DNA of 64,000 bases, from assembly GCA_963664225.1 (NCBI GenBank), contig OY760937.1, positions 4,960,001 to 5,024,000 of the forward strand, given 5' to 3'. The stretch is from Verrucomicrobiia bacterium. Its GTDB lineage: Bacteria; Verrucomicrobiota; Verrucomicrobiia; Limisphaerales; UBA1319. How positions within the stretch are numbered: position 1 is the first letter of the stretch; the number at the start of each line of letters is the position of its first letter. Below the pieces are notes generated by a model, which was not told the DNA's origin, did no database searches, and saw only the letters and a program-made list of their open reading frames with translations. The translations under genes and the position numbers were made by a program. Positions 8,750 to 17,400 of the stretch are shown piece by piece.

Positions 8750-10363
8750 ATGAAAGTAAAAATTCGTTCCGTCATTATTGGCTTGGCGCTCCTTGTTGGT
8801 GTTCAAAACACTTTTGCCCTAAGCTCGTTTAGAAGCCGCGTTCCCAATGGCAATCTCAATAGCTGCGACACCTGCCATGATTTGGCGGCTGGTCCGCCGG
8901 CATTGAATCCTTTTGGCACCGCCTTTCTTGGCGCAGGCACCTCATGGACTCCAGCCCTGGCTACCGTGGATTCAGATGGTGATGGTTTTACCAACGGTCA
9001 GGAATTGGGAGATCCGGCTGGAACATGGACTCCCGGAAGCCCCAATCCAACAGGAAACATTACTAATCCAGGAGATCCGACTTCGCACCCAACGGCCACC
9101 GCCCCTGCGATCACGACGGAACCGGCCAGCCAGACGGTGACTGTTGGAGCCAATGTGACCTTTACGGTTGCGGCTACCGGCACGGCACCGCTGGCGTATC
9201 AATGGCAAAAGAACACGGTGAATATTACCGGTGCCACCAATGACACACTTGCATTGAATGCGGTCACCGCCGGTGACGCGGGCAGTTACGTGGTGGTGGT
9301 GAGCAACGGGGCGGGATCGGTGCCCAGCACGGCCGCGACGCTGACGGTTAATCCCGCGGCGGTCGCCCCTGCGATCACGACGGAACCGGCCAGCCAGACG
9401 GTGACTGTTGGAGCCAATGTGACCTTTACGGTTGCGGCTACCGGCACGGCACCGCTGGCGTATCAATGGCAAAAGAACACGGTGAATATTACCGGTGCCA
9501 CCAATGACACACTTGCATTGAATGCGGTCACCGCCGGTGACGCGGGCAGTTACGTGGTGGTGGTGAGCAACGCGGCGGGATCGGTGCCCAGCACGGCCGC
9601 GACGCTGACGGTTAATCCCGCGGCGGTCGCCCCTGCGATCACGACGGAACCGGCCAGCCAGACGGTGACTGTTGGAGCCAATGTGACCTTTACGGTTGCG
9701 GCTACCGGCACGGCACCGCTGACGTATCAATGGCAAAAGAACACGGTGAATATTACCGGTGCCACCAATGACACACTTACATTGAATGCGGTCACCGCCG
9801 GTGACGCGGGCAGTTACGTGGTGGTGGTGAGCAACGCGGCGGGATCGGTGCCCAGCACGGCCGCGACGCTGACGGTTAATCCCGCGGCGGTCGCCCCTGC
9901 GATCACGACGGAACCGGCCAGCCAGACGGTGACTGTTGGAGCCAATGTGACCTTTACGGTTGCGGCTACCGGCACGGCACCGCTGACGTATCAATGGCAA
10001 AAGAACACGGTGAATATTACCGGTGCCACCAATGACACACTTACATTGAATGCGGTCACCGCCGGTGACGCGGGCAGTTACGTGGTGGTGGTGAGCAACG
10101 CGGTGGGATCGGTGCCCAGCACGGCCGCGACATTGACGATCAACGCAACCCCCATCACTCTTTTGGTCTCCCGGACCGATGTGAATACCACACTGATTTC
10201 CTGGGACGTTTCGTTGGCTGGGTTCGTGCTCCAAGAAAACTCAGATCTTAATACCACCAATTGGCTGGCTGTAACAAACACCGTTGTGGTGGCAAATGGC
10301 ACGAATCAGGTAAGCGTTACCCCCTTGATCAACAACCGGTTCTATCGGTTGTTTCATCCGTGA
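8750..10363 (+). CDS. Secreted protein: temptin-like domain with CxxCH heme motif, 4 Ig-like repeats and a C-terminal FYRL module
   Basis: Sec signal ending TFA. Domain VPNG..SCDTCH..LNPFG..WT..DSDGDGFTNGQELGDP. Four 88-aa Ig repeats (PAITTEP..LxYQWQK..DAGSY). Tail NSDLNTTNW...RFYRL. Confidence 0.85.
   Translation: MKVKIRSVIIGLALLVGVQNTFALSSFRSRVPNGNLNSCDTCHDLAAGPPALNPFGTAFLGAGTSWTPALATVDSDGDGFTNGQELGDPAGTWTPGSPNPTGNITNPGDPTSHPTATAPAITTEPASQTVTVGANVTFTVAATGTAPLAYQWQKNTVNITGATNDTLALNAVTAGDAGSYVVVVSNGAGSVPSTAATLTVNPAAVAPAITTEPASQTVTVGANVTFTVAATGTAPLAYQWQKNTVNITGATNDTLALNAVTAGDAGSYVVVVSNAAGSVPSTAATLTVNPAAVAPAITTEPASQTVTVGANVTFTVAATGTAPLTYQWQKNTVNITGATNDTLTLNAVTAGDAGSYVVVVSNAAGSVPSTAATLTVNPAAVAPAITTEPASQTVTVGANVTFTVAATGTAPLTYQWQKNTVNITGATNDTLTLNAVTAGDAGSYVVVVSNAVGSVPSTAATLTINATPITLLVSRTDVNTTLISWDVSLAGFVLQENSDLNTTNWLAVTNTVVVANGTNQVSVTPLINNRFYRLFHP
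9101..10140 (+). repeat. Intragenic tandem repeat, 4 x 264 bp, near-identical (Ig domains)
   Basis: Units start at 9101, 9365, 9629 and 9893, with only a few substitutions between them. Confidence 0.97.
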
Positions 10364-10932
10364 TGATGACGGTCCTGCTCGTAACACACAGAATTGAAGA
10401 CTGTTATCGGACTCAAATTCAGAATTGAAGAAGTAACTGGTACTTAAAACGGACGAAATGGGGCGCCCTTAAAAAAGGCGCTCCCGGTTGTTCATGCATT
10501 TAAAGTTGGCTCGCCAACTTTATTCGATCATGTCGGCTTGGTTCAATTGCGAGCAAACCAGTCAGACACCCACTGACAAAATAGAGTCATACTTTAATCA
10601 ATGCGTTCCAAAAATAAACGAAAGCTGAGACGAGGAGATACGTTGATCTCGTTCAGCCCATGTTGAAGGTTTGACGCAGAAAGCGAAGAATGCCTCACCG
10701 CCCTCCATTCGAGGAGGGCCGAGCATCCTTAAGTTTGGAAACAAACCGGTTGATTTCCCGTGAGAAATACAATAAGAAAACATAAACAACAAAAACAGAA
10801 AAACTAATGCGGCTGCAACCTTTAAAATTGTAACAGCATTTCAATACATAGACTGCCCATAAATGCCGGCGATCAATTACACAAGTGAAAGCTGGTGGTT
10901 TAAGAAACAATCAAAAAGATCGGAAAAGATAT

Positions 10933-13065
10933 ATGAAACTTAAATATCTATTATCGTTATTAGGTCTGTCATTCCTTCTGGCTGTGCCAGATGCCTCCGC
11001 CCTGAGCTCCTATCAGAGCCGTGTGCCCAATGGCACAGTGTCTAGTTGCGACACATGCCATAACCTGGTTTCAGGCCCCCCAAACCTGAATCCATTTGGG
11101 AGCGCCTTTCGTGACGCAGGCCTCCGGTGGACTCCCGCACTTGCCGTTTTGGATTCAGATGGCGACGGTTTCTCCAATGGCCGGGAACTAGGCGACCCGG
11201 CTGGTTCATGGACTGCTGGAACACCTAATCCCACGGGCACCATTACCAATCCTGGAGATCCCGCATCCCATCCAGCGACCGCAACGGCGCCTGCGATCAC
11301 AACGCAACCCGTCAGTCAAACGGTCACGGCTGGAGCCAATGTGACCTTTACGGTTGCGGCCACCGGCACGGCGCCCCTGACGTATCAATGGCAGAAGGAC
11401 ACGGTGAATATCACCGGGGCCACGAGCGCCTCATTGATGTTAACCGGTGTTATTGCCGGTGACGCGGGCAGTTATCGAGCCGTTGTCAGCAATGCGGCCG
11501 GAACAGCCACCAGCGATGCGGCCACCCTCACGGTGAATCCCGCGCCTGCCGCTCCTTCGATCACTATGCAACCTACAAGTCAGGCAGTCATGGCTGGAGC
11601 CGATGTGACCTTTACGGTTGCGGCTACCGGCACGGCGCCCCTGACGTATCAATGGCAGAAGAACACGGTGAATATCACCGGGGCTACGAGTGCCTCATTG
11701 ATGTTAACCAGTGTTACTGCCGGTGATGCGGGCAGTTATCGAGCCGTTGTCAGCAACACGGCCGGAACAGCCACCAGCGATGCGGCCACCCTCACCGTGA
11801 ATCCCGCGCCGGTCGCCCCTGCGATCACGACACAGCCCGCCAGCCAGACTGTAATGGTTGGAGCAAACGTTACCCTGAGCGTTGTCGCCACAGGAACAGC
11901 GCCTTTGAGTTATCAATGGCAGAAAGACACGGTCAACATTCCCGCAGCGACCAATGACACGCTGGTGTTAAACAGCGTGCTCGTCCTTGATGCGGGCAGT
12001 TATCGAGTCATTGTCACCAACATTGTCGGCTCCGCCACCAGTGACGAGGCAACGATTACGGTCAACACTGCGCCTGTGGCACCGGAGATCACGACGCAAC
12101 CCGCCAGTCAGGACGTGCCGGCTGGAGGCAATGCAACCTTCACGGTTGTTGCGACTGGAACAGCACCATTGGCCTACCAATGGCAGAAGGACACAGCCAA
12201 TATTACCGGGGCGACCAGCGCCACGCTCACATTGACTGGCGTTACCGCTGGCGATGCGGGCAGTTACCGCGTGGTGGTCACCAACAGTGTTGGCTCCGCC
12301 ACCAGTGAGGCGGCGATCCTTACAGTCAACACCGGGCCCGTGGCTCCCGTCATCACAACTCAACCGACCAGCCAGACCGTACTGGTTGGAGCCGACGTCT
12401 CGTTCAAGGTGGTTGCGACAGGCACCGCGCCGTTGAGTTATCAATGGCAGAAGGACACAGTCAACATTGCCGGGGCGACCGGCGATACTCTCGCGTTAAC
12501 AGGAGTTGTCTCCGGAGATGCGGGCAGTTATCGGGTCGTTGTCAGCAATGCAGCCGGCTCGGCCACGAGCGACGCGGCGACACTCACGGTCAATACGCAG
12601 CAGGAGAATGTTCCTCCTGCGGTACAGATCATTCAACCCAGGGAGGGCAGAAAATATTTCAGTGGCAGAGAAATACGTCTGCTCGCCCTCGCCAGCGATT
12701 CCGACGGGACTGTGACAGAAGTTGAGTTCTTCGATGGCGAGACAAGTCTGGGTGTTGCAAAATCATTAGGACGGCGCCACGAGGGTGAAGACGGGGAGAA
12801 TCATCCTGCTGCCACGTCAGACGACGATTCCAGCGAGAGAACTCAGTCGAGTCTCAATGGCGTCAGCGCCCTTTATTCGATCAAATGGGACAATGCATCG
12901 GTTGGCGATCATACGATTACAGCCAAAGCGACTGACAACTTGGGCGCAAGCACTGTTTCCGCCCCCGTAAAAATCACCGTAACTTCCAAGAAACCGCGTG
13001 GTTCAGACCACCGGGAAAGCGATACCGAAGTGACAGAATCCAGATTGGAAGAAATAAGCCGTTAG
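10933..13065 (+). CDS. Secreted paralog: temptin-like CxxCH domain, 5 Ig-like repeats and a C-terminal bacterial Ig (Big_7-like) domain
   Basis: Signal MKLKYLL...ASA. Domain YQSRVPNG..SCDTCH..LNPFGSAF..DSDGDGFSNGRELGDP. Five Ig repeats. NVPPAVQI..ASDSDGTVTEVEFF..TAKATDNLGA. Confidence 0.85.
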   Translation: MKLKYLLSLLGLSFLLAVPDASALSSYQSRVPNGTVSSCDTCHNLVSGPPNLNPFGSAFRDAGLRWTPALAVLDSDGDGFSNGRELGDPAGSWTAGTPNPTGTITNPGDPASHPATATAPAITTQPVSQTVTAGANVTFTVAATGTAPLTYQWQKDTVNITGATSASLMLTGVIAGDAGSYRAVVSNAAGTATSDAATLTVNPAPAAPSITMQPTSQAVMAGADVTFTVAATGTAPLTYQWQKNTVNITGATSASLMLTSVTAGDAGSYRAVVSNTAGTATSDAATLTVNPAPVAPAITTQPASQTVMVGANVTLSVVATGTAPLSYQWQKDTVNIPAATNDTLVLNSVLVLDAGSYRVIVTNIVGSATSDEATITVNTAPVAPEITTQPASQDVPAGGNATFTVVATGTAPLAYQWQKDTANITGATSATLTLTGVTAGDAGSYRVVVTNSVGSATSEAAILTVNTGPVAPVITTQPTSQTVLVGADVSFKVVATGTAPLSYQWQKDTVNIAGATGDTLALTGVVSGDAGSYRVVVSNAAGSATSDAATLTVNTQQENVPPAVQIIQPREGRKYFSGREIRLLALASDSDGTVTEVEFFDGETSLGVAKSLGRRHEGEDGENHPAATSDDDSSERTQSSLNGVSALYSIKWDNASVGDHTITAKATDNLGASTVSAPVKITVTSKKPRGSDHRESDTEVTESRLEEISR
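11287..12595 (+). repeat. Intragenic tandem repeat, 5 x 264 bp, diverged (Ig domains)
   Basis: Units start at about 11287, 11551, 11815, 12079 and 12343; units 1 and 2 are the most similar. Confidence 0.9.
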
Positions 13066-13201
13066 TTGGACAAATAATAGCGCACCGACGTTTGAGTGCG
13101 CGAATACACCAATAACCCATGCGGAAATTCTAATGAGCTCTTGAAGTTATCACATTAAGTTCATGTGAAGAACGGCGCGAGTTGGAAACGCCGCATTAAC
13201 G

Positions 13202-13240
13202 AGCGAAGCCCAAGAATCAGTCTTGGGCTTCGCTGTTTTA
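13202..13240 (+). terminator. Intrinsic terminator-like hairpin
   Basis: Perfect 14-bp stem AGCGAAGCCCAAGA-atcag-TCTTGGGCTTCGCT followed by GTTTT. Confidence 0.7.
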
Positions 13241-13244
13241 AGTT

Positions 13245-13533
13245 TACTGGCACATGAGGCAACGAATGCAGCCGCTCTTTGAAAAGGATGGCAAAGGAAA
13301 GGAACGTCAATGGACCATGGAAAATGTGATTGAGAATTTGCGAGGCATTCGCAAACAGCAAGTCAGCGTGGGCGGCGTGCGCTTTGAGCAAATCTCACAG
13401 CCCACCGAACAACAGCAGGAAATCATGAATTTGCTCGGAATCAAGGTTTAGCCATTCTGTTGAAACTCAAGAAGGTTCATAGCCTTGATTCTATGGGGGT
13501 ATTCTTGTTTTCAACCGGTGTAAAGCGCGGTTA
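13245..13533 (+). pseudogene. C-terminal remnant of an IS1634-like transposase with possible right end
   Basis: YWHMRQRMQPLF...WTMENVIENLRGIR...ISQPTEQQQEIMNLLGIKV* (stop 13451) resembles IS1634-family C-termini. No N-terminal portion is present. Confidence 0.6.
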
Positions 13534-13701
13534 GCCCGTTTTTTGAATTAATTTACGGGAATCTGATGGCATTGCCAAATTTCCATTGGGATGGGAGTGA
13601 AAAATTTCATCAAGGATATATTGCATCCACGACGGAAAATATATACATCTATTGCCCGAAACGGCAAAAAGCTGAGCCTGCTTCGTTTTTGTAGTGGTTA
13701 T

Positions 13702-13776
<75 letters not shown>

Positions 13777-13894
13777 TTCCTTTCCCATCGTATTTCTTCA
13801 AAAACTTTCATTTTTGGGGTGGAAGTGTACCGCTCTTGGCCACCTGACCAAAATTGTTTGGTCAACCGGGTGAAAAGCATGGCATAATTGAGTC

Positions 13895-14290
13895 ATGTTC
13901 GTGACTTTGAATCCGATTCATTTGGATTTGCTGCACACTCTCTATGCAGGCGGGCTTCCGCCGTTGATGTGGGCGGCGGTGGATGACGCGCGGGCCTACC
14001 GGCGCACCATCAATGGAGTGACGCATACCGTGGTTCTTGCGTATATCACTGAGTATCATCCAATTGAAGCGTCGAAGGCATCGCCCCGTTCCAAAAAACA
14101 TTACCATAAAGAGGGGAAATCCAAGCTGGTCTGGGAGCCGCACTCGTTGACTTTTGTTTATCTGTGCAATCCGGCAACGCGTTATGTGAGAGGTTATCCC
14201 GGAATACGGACCGTAAAAGGGCTGCGTTTTGCAGCGCGGGCATTGAAAAATGCTGCCAAGGGGCAGAGTTTTGTCCGCGGTCAGGAATAG
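13895..14290 (+). CDS. Hypothetical basic protein
   Basis: 131-aa ATG ORF filling the gap after the tRNA. No recognisable motif. Confidence 0.45.
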   Translation: MFVTLNPIHLDLLHTLYAGGLPPLMWAAVDDARAYRRTINGVTHTVVLAYITEYHPIEASKASPRSKKHYHKEGKSKLVWEPHSLTFVYLCNPATRYVRGYPGIRTVKGLRFAARALKNAAKGQSFVRGQE

Positions 14291-14455
14291 CAGGAAAATT
14301 TGGTGATGGGGCGATTTAGCCTGTTGTTGGATGGAAACTGACGGGCTGCAAGATGTTAACGAGGGGTGGCCTTTGCCGTTTTTTCGCGGCGGAATGATTT
14401 CACGATTGACCATGGAACGCCATTTGCTCCATTAATGGCGCGAATCACTAGACCC

Positions 14456-17400
14456 ATGACCTTTCTTAAAAAATCGTTCCGCACCGAGTTTGCGGGGTTG
14501 GAAGTTTGTACCCGCTGGATGCTCATTTTGCTTTTGGTGGGCGTTGCATCTTCAAATGGAGCGGTCATTATCAACGAGATACATTACAATCCCGATGTTA
14601 AAACCGAGCCAGCGAAGTTTGTCGAGATATATAATACGGACACCAACGCGGTCGATCTATCGGCATGGTCCTTTACCAGCGGCATCAATTATACATTTCC
14701 GCAGGGTGCCACGCTGGGTGGCCTGCAATTTGCTCTCGTTGGATCAAACCCGGCTTTTTTGAAAACCAAGTATGGCGCGCAGGCGTATGGGCCGTTCACG
14801 GGCACGCTTTCGGCGCAGGGGGATAAGCTCGTTCTGAGGGATGCGGCGGGGACTATTCAGAACCAGGTCGCCTTCCAACTCGGTTTTCCGTGGCCTACGG
14901 TGGGTGATCCGCCGGGGTATTCGATCGAGCTGATTAATCCCAGCCTGGATAACACATTGGGCGGCAGTTGGAGGGCGTCGCACCGGGAGGCGGATACCAA
15001 TTCGACGGCGCAACCGCAGACGTTCATCACGGACCATTCGGAGTGGCGCTATCATAAGGGCACGAATGAGGCGTCGATTCCAACGGATGCGTGGCGCATG
15101 CCGGGTTTCGACGATGCAAGCTGGCCTGCGGGAACGACACCGATTGGTTATGATCCCATCGAGGTGATGGGGACGCCTTTGGACGACATGCGGGGCAATT
15201 ATGTGACGATTTTTGCCCGGAAAACCTTTGTAATTTCGAACCCGGCAGAGATCGGCGCCTTGCTGGCGGACGTCGAATATGATGACGGATTCAACCTGTG
15301 GATCAACGGTCGTCATGTTCAGCGGCAGGCTCTGGATCGGGATGAGATGGCCTACAATGAATTAGCCAATACCACCCGTGAAAACGCGGGTTTTGACACG
15401 TTCGCGCTGCCCATACCGCTGGATTATTTGCAGGCGGGCACAAACGTTATCGCCATCCAGGTGCATAACATATTGCTGTCCGCGAGTTCCGATGCCTTTT
15501 TCGATCTGCGATTGCGCACACAACCGGTGTCCGTGGTGGCAGTGAGCGGTCCGACGCCCGGCCGGATCAACAGCGTCTATTCGACCAACGCGCCCCCGCA
15601 GATTCGACAGGTCGATCATACGCCCAGGCAGCCGATGTCCAATCAAGAGGTGAAAATTACCGCCAAAATCACCGATCCGGATGGTGTTCGCAGCGTGAAA
15701 CTGGAGTATCAATTGGTTGATCCCGGTCAATATATTGCGATTAGCGACGTGGCATACCAGACCAACTGGGTGGAGCTGGCGATGCTCGATGACGGTGCGG
15801 CTGGGGATGCGGCGGCTGGAGACGATGTGTTTACCGCGGTGATGCCCGCGAGCCTGCAGACCAATCGCCGGTTGGTGCGTTATCGGATCACGGCTGTGGA
15901 TAACACAGGGCTATCCGTTACCGTGCCTTATGGGGACGATGCGCAGCCGAATTTCGCCTATTTTGTGTATGATGGCGTTCCCGCCTGGAGCGGCGCAGCC
16001 CGACCGGGCACCACTGTGGTTCAGCAGTTTGGGACCAACATCATGCGCAGCCTGCCCACCTATCATCTGATTTCGAAACAGACTGCGGTTGAGGGATCCA
16101 CATGGCGGGATCAGTATCAAGGAAACCTTTACCCGTATCAAGGAACGGTGGTCATCGACGGCGAGGTGCTGGATCATATCCGCTTCAGGGCCCGCGGAGG
16201 CGTGTGGCGGTATGCGATGGGCAAAAACATGTGGAAGTTCGATCTCAACCGGGGTCATGATTTCCTGCCGGTCGATAATTACGGTCAGGGGTATAACGCG
16301 CGCTGGAAGAAGATCAATCTCGGGTCTTGCATCCAACAGGGCGACTACGGCCATCGGGGCGAACAGGGGATGTTCGAGTCGATCGGTTTCAAATTGTTCA
16401 ACCTGGCGGGGATCGAAGCGCCGCGAACGCATTTTGTGCAGTTTCGGGTGATCGACAAGGCATTGGAAACGAATCCGGCGAACCAATATGACGGGGATTT
16501 CTGGGGGCTTTACATGGCGGTGGAGCAGGAGGACGGACGGTTCCTTGATGAGCACGGATTGCCGGATGGAAACTTCTACAAGATGGATGGGGGCTTCGGC
16601 ACGTTGAACAACCAGGGTCCCACAGCTGTGAGCGATCGCTCGGACCTTTCGAAATTCATGTCCACCTATCAAGGCTCGCCCTCAGAGTCATGGTGGCGGA
16701 CGAATTTCGATTTGGGCCGATATTACGACTACAGGACCATTGTTGAGGCGATTCATCATTACGATATCGATGAGGGCGCCGGGAAAAACTACATGTATTA
16801 TCTGAATCCGGTGACTGGATTGTGGTCGGAACATCCGTGGGATCTGGACCTCACATGGGCCGATAACATGTATGGGGGCGGGGGATCGCCTTTTAAGAAC
16901 CGGGTGCTTCCGCAGCCGGCATTTGCATTGGAATACCGCAATCGGATTCGGGAAATTCGCGATTTGCTGTTTAACTCCGAGCAGACGGGCCTCTTGATTG
17001 ATGAATACGCGGCTATTATCCACGACCCGAAAGGCGGTTTGTCCTTCACGGATGCGGACCGGGCGCAATGGGATTACAACCCAATCATGGCATCGGGCTA
17101 TGTCAATTCGAGCAAATCGGGTCAGGGGCGCTATTATCAATGGCCCTTTGAGCCCACTGTGACGAAGAGCTTCGTCGGCACGATCCAGCTCATGAAGAAC
17201 TATGTGAAAACACGTGGGGCCTTTCTGGATGCGCTGGCGGCGGATATGTACACCCCCAACACTCCCGTGGTCACGTATGCGGGGCCCACGAATTACCCGA
17301 TCAATCAGCTTGTTTTTCGCAGCAGCGCTTTCGAGAGGACCAACGGGACGTTTGCCGGCATGAAGTGGCGTCTGGCCGAGGTAAGCCCGGCGAATGCGCC

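Noticed and set aside
9101..10140. CRISPR-like array
   Set aside because: Units are in-frame 264-bp coding repeats without unique spacers, and no cas genes are present.
8972..10234. 420-aa repetitive minus-strand ORF
   Set aside because: Antisense shadow of the Ig repeats; the repetition is fully explained by the plus-strand gene.
10500..10760. Riboswitch (e.g. c-di-GMP) upstream of the second heme-Ig gene
   Set aside because: Hairpins exist (about 10624-10657 and 10700-10720), but no recognisable aptamer consensus was found; an Rfam scan is needed.
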